DNA from: Alphaproteobacteria bacterium
GTDB taxonomy: Bacteria; Pseudomonadota; Alphaproteobacteria; Micavibrionales; SZUA-601
Reading direction: 5' to 3'
Assembly (NCBI GenBank): GCA_964231155.1
Contig: CAXRKA010000083.1
Span: 1-42,611 of the forward strand
Length of the DNA stretch: 42,611 nt
Of this stretch, positions 1 to 9,808 are shown in pieces. The notes under the pieces were generated by a model. It did not search any database. It saw nothing but the letters and a program-made list of their open reading frames with translations, and was not told the origin of the DNA. The translations under genes and the position numbers were made by a program. Every line of letters begins with the position of its first letter. Positions within the stretch are counted from its first letter, which is position 1.

Positions 1-841
1 TCATTTTGATAACACCATAAGAAATAGCCTCACGAATATCTGCTTGAGATGACCCAGAGCCACCATGGAAGACGAAACTGAGTGGTTGGTCATCCTCTAA
101 TCCCAATTGCTCTTTGAGATACTCTTGTGAATTTTTAAGAATGATGGGTCGCAATTCCACATTGCCCGGCTTGTAAACACCATGAACATTCCCAAAAGCC
201 GCAGCCACCATAAATTCATCACCCACCTCTTTGAGTGCTTTATAAGCTTCTGTGACCTCTTCTGGCTGTGTATAGAGGCGTGCTGAATCAACATCTGTGT
301 TATCAACACCGTCTTCTTCTCCACCTGTTACACCCAATTCAATCTCGATCATCATATCAATAGCATGCATGCGTTTAAAATAATCCACAGAAATAGCGAT
401 GTTCTCATCAAGCTCTTCTTCTGATAGATCAAGCATATGAGATGTATAGAGCGGTCGTCCTGTCTGCTCATAAAACTCTTCGCCTGCATCCAATACACCA
501 TCAATCCATGGCAAGATATTTTTTGCACAATGGTCTGTATGTAAGATCACGGGAACGCCGTATTCTTTGGCCATTGAATGCACATGATGTGCCGCAGAAA
601 CCGATCCCTTAATCGATGCATTCAGATCAGAGTTATCTAAACCTTTGCCAGCATAAAACTCTGCACCCCCTTTAGAGAGCTGAATTATCACTGGGCTATT
701 GAGCTTGGCGGCTGTTTCAAGAACAGCATTGATCGTTGAAGACGATGTGACATTGACCGCCGGAAGGGCGGCGTTTTTTGTCTTACATTCCTCTAATAAA
801 TCCCACGCTTCTGCTGCATTAAGCACCCCAGAATGAGCCAT
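1..841 (-). CDS. fbaA: Fructose-bisphosphate aldolase, class II (N-terminal ~280 codons; C-terminus runs off the window edge)
   Basis: Absent from the ORF track because there is no stop inside the window. The reverse-strand ATG is at 841..839. My translation reads MAHSGVLNAAEAWDLLEECKTKNAALPAVNVTSSSTINAV ... AAHHVHSMAKEYGVPVILHTDHCAKNILPWIDGVLDAG ... LEDDQPLSFVFHGGSGSSQADIREAISYGVIKM and stays open to base 1. It is colinear with E. coli-type class IIa FBA (ALPAVN, HTDHCAK and FHGGSGS motifs). Confidence 0.9.
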   Translation of the reverse strand, partial: MAHSGVLNAAEAWDLLEECKTKNAALPAVNVTSSSTINAVLETAAKLNSPVIIQLSKGGAEFYAGKGLDNSDLNASIKGSVSAAHHVHSMAKEYGVPVILHTDHCAKNILPWIDGVLDAGEEFYEQTGRPLYTSHMLDLSEEELDENIAISVDYFKRMHAIDMMIEIELGVTGGEEDGVDNTDVDSARLYTQPEEVTEAYKALKEVGDEFMVAAAFGNVHGVYKPGNVELRPIILKNSQEYLKEQLGLEDDQPLSFVFHGGSGSSQADIREAISYGVIKM

Positions 842-915
842 GATCCGCACCTCTATCTCCCATTTGAATATAGTTTCAGAATAGGATTTTCATATGCAAG
901 ATACAAGTCTGGCTT

Positions 916-1479
916 TTAGAAAGATAAAACTATTGTCCTGTGTTTAAAAGGTAAACAAGCAGCATTGGAATCCAGTATTTTGACAAAACTATCATTGAAA
1001 TTCTGGTCAAACTCCTCAATATTACGAATGTTTTTTCCACCGTAGATAAAATCATTGTCTACATGAACAACGACAAGTGTAATTGGATCACCATTACCAT
1101 TGGGCCCAAACAATCTAAGGCCATTGGACTCAAAAGAATCCTGCACTTCAATCCAACCAGATTGAGCGGACATAATATCACCTTGACCACTTAACCCATC
1201 AAATCGCGTTCTTGCGTTTGCATCTGCTTGAGTTTCAAAGACGTGGCCATACTTCATAGTCATGTTCACAACATAGTTGCGCCCGTCAGAGCAGGCACCA
1301 GGCGCGGTTGCTATAAAATTTAATATTGGGGTGGATGTATCAATGCCCAAAAATGAAATTGTATTGGCCTCAAGATCAATGCGTTTCTCAATATCCAATT
1401 CATTGGGTTCACAACCCATAAATACCATCGCAGGGATGGCAACGGACCAAAATAATCTATTTAACATTTTTAAAGACAT
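916..1479 (-). CDS. Hypothetical secreted protein / putative lipoprotein
   Basis: 187-aa ORF. The N-terminus MSLKMLNRLFWSVAIPAMVFMGCEPNE looks like a signal peptide ending in a lipobox-like FMGC. No family recognised. Confidence 0.5.
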   Translation of the reverse strand: MSLKMLNRLFWSVAIPAMVFMGCEPNELDIEKRIDLEANTISFLGIDTSTPILNFIATAPGACSDGRNYVVNMTMKYGHVFETQADANARTRFDGLSGQGDIMSAQSGWIEVQDSFESNGLRLFGPNGNGDPITLVVVHVDNDFIYGGKNIRNIEEFDQNFNDSFVKILDSNAACLPFKHRTIVLSF

Positions 1480-1604
1480 TATGATTACTATTATTTTAGT
1501 TATTCAACAGAAACTAAAACTACCATATTACATAAGAATTTTCAACTTCATTAAAGTTTTTGAGAGATTTCTAGGATATAATCCCCCTCTAGAAAAGAAA
1601 ATAT

Positions 1605-2879
1605 ATGAGCAAAGAAGAAAATACTCAGGATCTTGGTGATGCTTTCAAAGGGCAGCTCACCCAAGATCAGCTGGATGAAAAGATTAAACTGCACAAGCTA
1701 TTTTTGCTTGGTAAGCGTGGTGGGCAACGCCTTGCCATACAATTTATGAATTTATCCGGATTGGATTTTTCTGGAAAAGATCTGTCACAATCGACCTTGG
1801 CTGGATCCGCGCTTATTGGATCCAATCTATCCAATACTTTGCTTGAACAGACCAATTTATTCGGTTGTGATCTGCGCTATGCCAATATGGAGGGCGCTAT
1901 ATTTACAAAAGCCGATTTACGTGGTGTTTGTGCACGTGGTGCACGCCTCAATGGTGCCAAAATGGAAAATGCTGATTTACGTGCAGGGCAAGTCTTAACC
2001 TATGGTGATACGGGTGATCTCACGTCACTTTATGTAGAAATTGAAGCACCAAGTGCAGATGGTGTAACAGATTTCTCTAAAACCAAGATGCGCAAAGCAA
2101 AATTAACGGGCGCAGAAGCCCCAAATGCTGATTTCAGTGATTCTGAAATGACGGATGTTCGCCTTAAAGGCGCCAATCTTAAGAAAGCGACATTTAACAA
2201 TGCCAATCTTGAAAATGCTGACTTTGCAGGCGCTGAATTATCGGGCGCACGACTTGATAACGCTATTCTTTATGGCGTGAATATTACGTCGAGTGAATTT
2301 GATAGCGTGCACCTTGGTAGCGCTATTACTGATGAACATAAAGGGAGAAATCTTGAAGAGCTCACAGATTCTCTTGAAGATCTCATATCCAACCATATTC
2401 AGTGGGTGAGTTCTACAGGACAAGGGGGTAAGCGTCTTGACTTAAGTGGCTATGATGTTCGTCAGCTCAAGCAGCTTAAAGCCGCTAAGCTTACAGCTGT
2501 TACTGCCGAGAACGCCAACTTCTACGGTATGGATTTGATAGAGATTGAATTACAAAGCTCGAAGCTCAATAACTCAGATTTCCGTTACTGTGAACTGACT
2601 GATGCTGACTTCCGTGGTTCTAGCCTGATTGGCTCCAAATTCTCTCGAGCGAACCTTAAAGGTGCAGACTTTAGTCCACTGATTTTGGAAAAGGATGACA
2701 AGAAAATTCCTGTTAATCTGGCAGGGGCTAATTTCCGTTACTGTGATCTATCCGATGTCAATTTCTCAAATGCCAATCTCATTGGTGCTGATTTCTCAAA
2801 TGCAAAAGTATTGAACACCAATTTTAAAGGTGCTGATCTATCCAACACAATCTTTGCTGGCACAGTTAAAGAGGAATAA
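1605..2879 (+). CDS. Pentapeptide-repeat protein (two repeat blocks)
   Basis: 424-aa ORF dominated by A(D/N)LxX pentapeptides, e.g. ANLKKATFNNANLENADFAGAELSGARLDNA and ANFRYCDLSDVNFSNANLIGADFSNAKVLNTNFKGADLSN. Each of the two blocks is preceded by a similar lead-in: LHKLFLLGKRGGQRL and ISNHIQWVSSTGQGGKRL. Confidence 0.85.
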   Translation: MSKEENTQDLGDAFKGQLTQDQLDEKIKLHKLFLLGKRGGQRLAIQFMNLSGLDFSGKDLSQSTLAGSALIGSNLSNTLLEQTNLFGCDLRYANMEGAIFTKADLRGVCARGARLNGAKMENADLRAGQVLTYGDTGDLTSLYVEIEAPSADGVTDFSKTKMRKAKLTGAEAPNADFSDSEMTDVRLKGANLKKATFNNANLENADFAGAELSGARLDNAILYGVNITSSEFDSVHLGSAITDEHKGRNLEELTDSLEDLISNHIQWVSSTGQGGKRLDLSGYDVRQLKQLKAAKLTAVTAENANFYGMDLIEIELQSSKLNNSDFRYCELTDADFRGSSLIGSKFSRANLKGADFSPLILEKDDKKIPVNLAGANFRYCDLSDVNFSNANLIGADFSNAKVLNTNFKGADLSNTIFAGTVKEE

Positions 2880-2927
2880 TTCTTCTGACATATTGCACGA
2901 CAGTGAAAATCGCTTAGTATCATAAGC

Positions 2928-3299
2928 ATGATTCAGCTCGCTTTTATTTTTATTGGTGGTGGTTGTGGTGCCTCCCTTCGCTATGGCTTCCATTTAATGT
3001 TTGGAGCACACGCCTCTTATTGGACAACTCTCTTATCCAATGGTTTAGGGTGTTTTTTAATGGGATTGGCGTTTGTTCTATTGCCACAATATCTTTCCAA
3101 TGATCCTCAACTACAGCGCGCCATAACTATAGGTTTTCTTGGTGCTCTCACAACGTTTTCAGCCTTCTCTTATGATGCCTATCAACTCTGGATCAATGGA
3201 GACACTTTAAGTTCTGCCGCCTATATTATAGGCTCTGTTGTCGTTGCCTTAGGCACATTTATTCTGGGAGTGAGCCTATCAACTCATATGGTGCAATAA
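2928..3299 (+). CDS. crcB: Fluoride ion channel CrcB/FluC
   Basis: 123 aa with four hydrophobic helices. Carries GGGCGASLRYG near the N-terminus and GFLGALTTFSAFS centrally, both typical of CrcB. Its stop overlaps the next start (TAATG). Confidence 0.85.
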   Translation: MIQLAFIFIGGGCGASLRYGFHLMFGAHASYWTTLLSNGLGCFLMGLAFVLLPQYLSNDPQLQRAITIGFLGALTTFSAFSYDAYQLWINGDTLSSAAYIIGSVVVALGTFILGVSLSTHMVQ

Positions 3300-4234
3300 T
3301 GCCGGCGATTTATCTCACCATTCCACAACGTGATGATGGCCAGCGCCTTGATCGCTGGATCCGGCAGAAATATCCATCCATGCCCTTTTCACAAATACAA
3401 AAATCCTGTCGTACAGGTGAAATACGCCTTGATCGAGGACGCGTGAAGGGCCAAGAACGTCTAAAAGCGGGTCAAGAACTTCGATTGCCACCTCAGTTTC
3501 AAGGCAAAGAGGCTTCTGTAGATATCCCCGTGCTGACATCAGCAGAAAAAGACTTTATACGCTCTACAGAAATCAGCCGTGATGAAAATATCATCGTGAT
3601 CAACAAACCATCTGGTCTCGCGACACAGGGAGGCCACAAGATTACACAGCATGTTGACCATCTCGCTAGGGGCCTGGTTGATCTTGAAACAGAAGAACCG
3701 CCCCGCCTTGTACATCGTCTTGATAAAGACACAAGTGGTGTTCTTGTTCTTGCGCGAGATAGAGACACAGCCACACAAATGATGAAGGCCTTTCAACGCC
3801 GTGACGTTGAAAAAATATATCTAGCAATTGTGGTTGGGTCTCCCAAAGCCAAGAGTGGTGTCATTGATGCGCCATTAAAGAAACAAAAAACAGACGATGG
3901 AGATCGTGTTCTTGTTGATCCAACTGGCGATGAAGCGATCAGCCACTATCAAGTGCTGGACAAAACACCGAACCAATCACACACACTTGTTGCGCTCTTT
4001 CCCAAAACAGGCCGTCAGCATCAGCTGCGTGCCCATTGCCATCACCTTGGCACACCGATTTATGGTGATGAAAAATATAATGCTGTTCACGATGCCGAAC
4101 GCTTATTTCTTCATGCTTATCAAATTACTGTGCCCTTGGCTGAGCGCAGCTTTAAAGCTGAACTGCCAGAAAGCTTTTTAACAGCGCTTGAAAGATTGGG
4201 GCTAGAATTTGACCCCAACTTAGTAAATACGTAA
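3299..4234 (+). CDS. RluA-superfamily 23S rRNA pseudouridine synthase (RluC/RluD type, with S4 domain)
   Basis: N-terminal S4-like segment (QRLDRWIRQKY ... GEIRLDRGRVKG) followed by the catalytic HRLDKDTSGVLVLA motif; 311 aa. Confidence 0.85.
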   Translation: MPAIYLTIPQRDDGQRLDRWIRQKYPSMPFSQIQKSCRTGEIRLDRGRVKGQERLKAGQELRLPPQFQGKEASVDIPVLTSAEKDFIRSTEISRDENIIVINKPSGLATQGGHKITQHVDHLARGLVDLETEEPPRLVHRLDKDTSGVLVLARDRDTATQMMKAFQRRDVEKIYLAIVVGSPKAKSGVIDAPLKKQKTDDGDRVLVDPTGDEAISHYQVLDKTPNQSHTLVALFPKTGRQHQLRAHCHHLGTPIYGDEKYNAVHDAERLFLHAYQITVPLAERSFKAELPESFLTALERLGLEFDPNLVNT

Positions 4235-4900
4235 GGTCACTTGGCGACCCGCTGAGGGCGAATAATACTCATAAATAAAACCCTCTTCTTTGGGTTTGAG
4301 CGCTGAGCCCTCACCGATACGATCATCCACTTCTTGACGATAGGTCAAATAATCGCGCATTTGGAAGATATTGACGGATTTAAGACTTTCCGCAATTTCT
4401 TCTTCTGCCCCTGGTGCCATTTCACCAACATTGATAATATTTTGTCGGAACGACTCGATAAGAGACATTCTAAAGTGAGAAAAAATGCGCTGGTGCTCTC
4501 TTATCTCACGGCCGATATTTTGGAATGTATTATAATCTTCAAGATAAATCTCTCGCCATTGTTCAATAAGGTCTTCAACCACGAGGGGGACATACTCCAC
4601 ACGATACTTCTCTTCATACTGAAAAACAGTTACCACATTTTCTTGGAAGGGTACAACCACATTCCGAGGAATACGTGATGTGAGTGTTTGTTCAAAATCA
4701 ATATCGGCTATTTTGTCTTCTTTGAAAGCCTCAATCGCCGCAATCACTGATGCACGTGTTTGATCTTTGAGGAAGGCTTCATACATACGTAAAGCAAGAT
4801 CGGCAGAACCACAGAAAAAATGACCATCGTTCAAATTAAACCGCATCGTCAAATGACGGAGATGTTTTTGTGCCGATTCCATAAAGAGTATGTTTGCCAT
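4220..4900 (-). CDS. Hypothetical protein (226 aa, acidic, cytoplasmic)
   Basis: Long ORF with no TM segment or signal peptide and no family recognised. Its 3' end overlaps the convergent pseudouridine synthase gene by 15 nt. Confidence 0.4.
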   Translation of the reverse strand: MANILFMESAQKHLRHLTMRFNLNDGHFFCGSADLALRMYEAFLKDQTRASVIAAIEAFKEDKIADIDFEQTLTSRIPRNVVVPFQENVVTVFQYEEKYRVEYVPLVVEDLIEQWREIYLEDYNTFQNIGREIREHQRIFSHFRMSLIESFRQNIINVGEMAPGAEEEIAESLKSVNIFQMRDYLTYRQEVDDRIGEGSALKPKEEGFIYEYYSPSAGRQVTLRIY

Positions 4901-4985
4901 AATATGATGCTATCGTATTTCTCTAAGTACAACAAACGATATTTTCCCCCTGTTCTTTTATCGAAGATTTCGTCACAATGAGACT

Positions 4986-6554
4986 ATGTCGTTTTTAAAA
5001 GCCACTATGACTGTTGGAAGTTTTACCCATATGAGCCGTATTCTTGGGTTTACACGGGATATTTTAACTGCGGCACTTCTAGGTGCTGGACCCATTGCCG
5101 ATGCCTTTTTTGTGGCCCTGAAGCTGCCTAACTTTTTTCGCCGTATTTCTGCTGAAGGGGCTTTTGGCGTCTCGTTTATTCCCTTGTTTTCAAAAACCCT
5201 AAAATCAGAAGGCAAAAAAGAAGCTGAGCATTTTGCCAATCTCTCCATGGGCTTTATGCTCGCTGTTCTTATTCCCTTCGTTATTCTGGCCCTTATTTTT
5301 ATGCCTGAGATTATCCGCTTGATTGCCCCTGGTTTTGAGCCAGGTGGCGTAGATGGCCGTTTTGATATGGCTGTAGAGATGACACGCATTACATTTGCCT
5401 ATATTTTATGCATGTCACTTGTGGCCCTTTTTGGTGGGGTGCTGAATAGCTTTGATCGCTTTGCACCCTTTGCTGCCGCCCCTATCATCTTCAATCTTTG
5501 TTTGATAACTGCGCTTCTTGTGGGAGGTGAATATACGCCCACTGTTGGCCATGCCATGTCTTGGGGTGTCACGATTGCAGGTGTTCTACAATTTCTGATC
5601 ATTGGTTACTATGCGCGGAAAACTGGTATTGCTTTACGTCCATTGTGGCCACGCCTGACGGCAAAAATCAAAAAGCTTTTTTCACTGATGGGGCCTGGGA
5701 TTATTGGTGCTGGCGTGGTCCAAATCAACCTTCTGGTCGATGTTATTCTGGCCTCATTTTTGCCTGCAGGTGCAGTGTCTTACCTTTATTACGGTGATCG
5801 TTTAGCACAATTGCCACTTGGGATTATTGGAATTGCCATAGGTACGGCTCTTCTCCCCAAACTCTCCAAAGCTCTAGAGAACAAAAAATCAAAATCTCAA
5901 AATGAGACGAAGAGTCTCATTAACCTCGCCTTTGTTTGGGGCGGGTTACTGGCTTTGCCCGCCTGTTTTGCGCTTATTGCTGTTCCTGATTTATTATCCA
6001 CTGCACTTTTCCAGCGTGGGTCATTTGATGAGGTCGCTGCACTCGCAACAGCTGGTACTATTCGCGCTTATGCTTTGGGCTTACCGGCTTATATTGCAAT
6101 CAAAATTCTATCAACACAATTTTATGCCCGTGAAGACACGGCGACACCCGTTAAAATTGCCATCATCTCTGCCACAACAAATATTATTCTCTCGATTATT
6201 CTTATCCAATATATGGCCCATGTTGGTATTGCTCTTGCCACATCTATCGCAGCCACACTCCAGGCTCTCATTCTCTACACACTTTCTCGTAAAAGAGGGC
6301 ATGCGGATATAACGAGAACCACAACTGTATTACTCTTCCGTGTGATTATTGTTTCCTTGGTGATGGCTGCTGTGATCTTCACGCTCAAGATCTGGGGTTA
6401 TCCTTACTGGGTTAATGGGGGATGGTCATCTGTTATCACAATGCTCGCGATTGTCACCATTGGAAAAATAACCTATTCAAGCCTTATTATTATAACAAAA
6501 ACCATGACAATTTCTGATTGTCGTTCTATGCTCAAGACAACAATGAAAACATAG
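4986..6554 (+). CDS. murJ: Lipid II flippase MurJ (MviN)
   Basis: 522 aa and highly hydrophobic (~14 helices). The N-terminal signature SRILGFTRDILTAALLGAGPIADAFFVALKLPNFFRRISAEGAF is typical of MurJ. Ends in TAG. Confidence 0.9.
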   Translation: MSFLKATMTVGSFTHMSRILGFTRDILTAALLGAGPIADAFFVALKLPNFFRRISAEGAFGVSFIPLFSKTLKSEGKKEAEHFANLSMGFMLAVLIPFVILALIFMPEIIRLIAPGFEPGGVDGRFDMAVEMTRITFAYILCMSLVALFGGVLNSFDRFAPFAAAPIIFNLCLITALLVGGEYTPTVGHAMSWGVTIAGVLQFLIIGYYARKTGIALRPLWPRLTAKIKKLFSLMGPGIIGAGVVQINLLVDVILASFLPAGAVSYLYYGDRLAQLPLGIIGIAIGTALLPKLSKALENKKSKSQNETKSLINLAFVWGGLLALPACFALIAVPDLLSTALFQRGSFDEVAALATAGTIRAYALGLPAYIAIKILSTQFYAREDTATPVKIAIISATTNIILSIILIQYMAHVGIALATSIAATLQALILYTLSRKRGHADITRTTTVLLFRVIIVSLVMAAVIFTLKIWGYPYWVNGGWSSVITMLAIVTIGKITYSSLIIITKTMTISDCRSMLKTTMKT

Positions 6555-7567
6555 GATCATTCTTCGTGGGACGCATTCTTTCCGGTATTCAACCCAGCAA
6601 TATTCTCACCCTCGGTAATTACATTGGTGCCATCAAAAATTGGCTGACCATGCAAGATCAGCATGACTGTTATTTTTGTATTGTTGATTTGCACGCTGTG
6701 ACCGTCGATAAAGACCCACAAGAATTAAAAGAAAGCATTTACAGGGCCACAGCTGGCTATGTGGCTTGTGGCATCGATCCAGAGAAAAGTGCCATATTTC
6801 TACAATCCTCTGTCTCTGCACATTCAGAAATGGGCTGGCTTTTGCAATGCCATACACCGCTTGGCTGGCTCAACCGCATGACACAGTTCAAGGATAAGGC
6901 TGGGAAGAACAAAGAAAAATCCTATGCTGGACTTTATACTTATCCCGTTCTTATGGCCGGTGATATCTTGCTCTATAACGCCACCCATGTTCCGGTTGGC
7001 GAAGATCAAAAGCAACATGTCGAACTGACACGTGATATCGCGCAGTCCTTTAATCAGAAATACAATAAAGAGGTTCTGACATTACCAGAACCCATCATTC
7101 CCAAGACGGGCGCACGCATTATGTCACTGCGTGATGGCACATCAAAGATGAGCAAATCGGATCCGTCTCACTATTCCCGGATCAGCTTATTGGATGACGC
7201 CGATGCTATTGCACAAAAAATTCGCAAGGCCAAAACTGACCCAAACCCATTACCAGATAATAAGGATGGTTTTGAAGGCCGCCCAGAAGCTCTCAACCTT
7301 ATGACGATTTATGGTGTTATGTCTGAGCAAAGTCTTGAGGCTGTTATTGGTGAGTTTGCTGGACAATCTTTCTCAGATTTTAAGCCTGCACTGGCCGATC
7401 TTTTGATTGAAAAGCTGGCACCGATTTCTAGCCGTATGCACGAACTTCTGGATGATAAAGCAGAGCTAGAGAATATCTTGAAAAAGGGGCGTGAAAAGGC
7501 CTCAATTGTTGCCGATCAAACGGTTAAAGATGTAAAAGATGCTATGGGGTTTGTTGATCTATCATGA
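6518..7567 (+). CDS. trpS: Tryptophan--tRNA ligase
   Basis: Class I motifs are present: SGIQPSNILTLGNYIGAIKNW (TIGN-type HIGH motif) and KMSKS. The ATG at 6518 overlaps murJ by 37 nt; an in-frame GTG at 6566 would give a more typical N-terminus, so the start is uncertain. The stop overlaps the next start (ATGA). Confidence 0.9.
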   Translation: MSFYAQDNNENIGSFFVGRILSGIQPSNILTLGNYIGAIKNWLTMQDQHDCYFCIVDLHAVTVDKDPQELKESIYRATAGYVACGIDPEKSAIFLQSSVSAHSEMGWLLQCHTPLGWLNRMTQFKDKAGKNKEKSYAGLYTYPVLMAGDILLYNATHVPVGEDQKQHVELTRDIAQSFNQKYNKEVLTLPEPIIPKTGARIMSLRDGTSKMSKSDPSHYSRISLLDDADAIAQKIRKAKTDPNPLPDNKDGFEGRPEALNLMTIYGVMSEQSLEAVIGEFAGQSFSDFKPALADLLIEKLAPISSRMHELLDDKAELENILKKGREKASIVADQTVKDVKDAMGFVDLS

Positions 7568-8428
7568 CCTTAAACGCAGAGACCATCCATCAAAGAGTTA
7601 TGAATTTTATGCAAGAGGCTGGTCAATATGCCCTCTCCAAATACCGCCAAGATCTTGATGGTCATCAAAAATACAACAATTCTCTTGTTACCGAAGTTGA
7701 CCTTTATATCTCAAATCTTTTTTCCAAAACATTTTCCGATATCATTCATGACTCCGATCATTTGGTGGTTGATGAAGAGACAGCAGAAGATATAGATATT
7801 GAAAGTCTTGAGCCCCTCCACGAATACGAAACTTTATGGTCGCTTGATCCCATTGATGGAACCGTGCCGTTTGCACGCAGTATGGCCATGTGGGGCATCT
7901 CTCTTGGCATTGCAAAACGTGGGAAGCCATGGATAGGTGCTGTTTATCTTCCCGCTTTAGGAGAGCTCTATACCCACAACGGCGTAACACCTCAATTTAT
8001 CACTGACCCCTTTACTGATATAGCCAAAACAATTGAACTATCTTTTCAAAAGGATCGCCCCAAAGGCGCAATGCCATTATTTTTTGCACCAGCGCATTAT
8101 ATTAACAGTAAAAAAAAATAATGGCCAATTCCGTATCATAAACTTCTACGCAGGCTCTGTTCAGCGCTCGATGATGGCACGCAATTGTGCCACAGGCTCC
8201 CTTAAAGGTGATAATCTCTGGGACTTGGCAGGCGCTTTTCCTATTTATTATGCTTTGGGCCTACGTGAAATAAACATGAAAACCAAAGAACCGATTGAGA
8301 TGATTTCACAAGATCTTTTTAATAAGCACTGGCAATTAAAAGAGCCACATATTTTGTGCCACCCTGATGACTTTGACGACCTTATGAGTATCATTGATAA
8401 AACTGTTTTGGCTGATATTGTTCAATAA
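7564..8428 (+). pseudogene. Inositol monophosphatase-family (SuhB/CysQ/HisN-like) gene split by a frameshift in an A9 tract
   Basis: ORF 7564..8121 carries VTEVD and the metal-binding WSLDPIDGT motif, then stops right after ...INSKKK*. ORF 8033..8428, one frame over, carries the C-terminal family motif WDLAGA. The two frames meet at the A9 run 8110..8118. Removing one A gives a continuous ~287-aa IMPase-like protein (...AHYINSKKNNGQFRIINFYAGS...). Confidence 0.75.
8110..8118 (+). repeat. A9 homopolymer at the frameshift site
   Basis: The sequence agtAAAAAAAAAtaatgg is read directly from the window. It is the longest homopolymer I noticed in a coding region here. Confidence 0.95.
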
Positions 8429-8464
8429 AAGCGGTTGTGATCCCATATCATCCACCTATATAAT

Positions 8465-9205
8465 ATGCTTATGAAATATATTTTTATACTTATCACCGCG
8501 TTAATTTTTTCCTCTGGCTTTTCTTTATCTGCAGATGCACGTAACTTTGTTTGGTCGGATCCCGACCTCGGTTATTCCTTGATGTTCTCAGAAAGTTGGA
8601 CCATGAACTTGGCCACAGGCACCGGTGATGATGTGGAACGTGCAAAATTTATTTTGCCTGGTCGCGGCGATCCATTTTGCCGTATTGCTGCTAAACGTGA
8701 TAAACGCTTTATGATCCATACCGTTGAAGCTTATCGTCATATTTTATTTGATGAAATTCGTTGGGATTACTGGGACCACGTCACAGCGGACATGAATGAT
8801 CGTTTCTTTTATTTTGCCAATGACGGTGGATTATCTCAAGGCAGTGCACGTTATACACTTTTGGATTACTCTCCGGTTTCTGAAGAAGAGCGGACAGAAT
8901 CCAAAGAGCCTGTGATTTTACGTCGTGCCATGATCTATGCATCGATCTATGGTGATCTACATATGGTTATTCATTGCGATGCTCCTCAGGCGAGCTTTAA
9001 TAAACATCTTCCTGCTTTTAATCAGTTGCTCTCTATGGTGCATTTTGTCCCACAATACACTGTACAAAAAACAGGCTGGTATCGTAATTTTCTGAATGAT
9101 GGAGATACAAGTGTTCATCGTTATAAGCCCGGATCATTTGATAGCCTCACACGCCAAGAACCAGAAAAAATAGAATATGAGCGCAAGTATCGCTCACATC
9201 CTTAA
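8465..9205 (+). CDS. Hypothetical secreted protein
   Basis: 246 aa. The N-terminus MLMKYIFILITALIFSSGFSLSADA is a classical signal peptide. No family recognised. Confidence 0.5.
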   Translation: MLMKYIFILITALIFSSGFSLSADARNFVWSDPDLGYSLMFSESWTMNLATGTGDDVERAKFILPGRGDPFCRIAAKRDKRFMIHTVEAYRHILFDEIRWDYWDHVTADMNDRFFYFANDGGLSQGSARYTLLDYSPVSEEERTESKEPVILRRAMIYASIYGDLHMVIHCDAPQASFNKHLPAFNQLLSMVHFVPQYTVQKTGWYRNFLNDGDTSVHRYKPGSFDSLTRQEPEKIEYERKYRSHP

Positions 9206-9226
9206 ACTGCATTACGGTTATCTACC

Positions 9227-9805
9227 ATGTTTATTCAAACTGAAAAAACACCCAACCCGAACTCGATCAAATTTCTACCCGGTCAGGATGTAATGCCACC
9301 AGAACTGGGCACGGCTGATTTTCGTTCCATTGAAGAGGCCACTTTGTCTCCGCTGGCAGAGCGTTTATTTGGTATTCACGGCGTTGAAGGTGTGTTCTTA
9401 GGCCGTAACTTTATTTCGATCACCAAAGAAGAGGGCCGTGACTGGATTGCACTGAAACCTCTTATCCTTGGCCTGATTATGGATCATTTGACAACGGGGC
9501 AAACAATCATAGAAACCACCCAAGCATCAAATACCAAAAACCAAAGACCTGTTGTTGATTGGTCAGACATTGATGATGAGGTGACAAAACAGATCGTTGA
9601 ATTGATCGAGACACGTGTACGCCCCGCAGTGGCTCGCGATGGTGGAGATATTCGTTTTTCTCGTTTTGAGCACGGCATCGTTTATTTAGAACTGCAAGGC
9701 GCCTGTGCAGGCTGTCCAAGCTCAACGATCACTCTGAAATCAGGCATTGAAAATATGCTCAAACATTATGTACCCGAGGTTTCAGAAGTCCGCGCCGTAG
9801 GGTAA
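9227..9805 (+). CDS. NFU1-type Fe-S cluster scaffold (Nfu N-terminal domain + NifU C-terminal domain)
   Basis: Starts MFIQTEKTPNPNSIKFLPG (Nfu_N signature). The C-terminal half has RPAVARDGGDIRF and GACAGCPSS (CxxC cluster-binding motif). Confidence 0.85.
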   Translation: MFIQTEKTPNPNSIKFLPGQDVMPPELGTADFRSIEEATLSPLAERLFGIHGVEGVFLGRNFISITKEEGRDWIALKPLILGLIMDHLTTGQTIIETTQASNTKNQRPVVDWSDIDDEVTKQIVELIETRVRPAVARDGGDIRFSRFEHGIVYLELQGACAGCPSSTITLKSGIENMLKHYVPEVSEVRAVG

Positions 9806-9808
9806 ATC

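Noticed and set aside
2880-2927. Possible fluoride riboswitch upstream of crcB
   Set aside because: Only 48 nt separate crcB from the upstream gene. I see none of the conserved crcB-motif elements (GGCGAUG ... pseudoknot ... CCGCC) in ttcttctgacatattgcacgacagtgaaaatcgcttagtatcataagc.
4973-5389. 138-aa ORF antisense to murJ (Arg/Lys/Pro/Ser-rich)
   Set aside because: It lies entirely inside the well-supported murJ gene on the opposite strand. Its low-complexity basic composition is typical of a shadow ORF.
6518-6565. 37-nt murJ/trpS overlap considered as a possible regulatory or coupled-translation feature
   Set aside because: More likely an artefact of choosing the first ATG. An in-frame GTG at 6566 gives a canonical TrpRS N-terminus 11 nt after the murJ stop.
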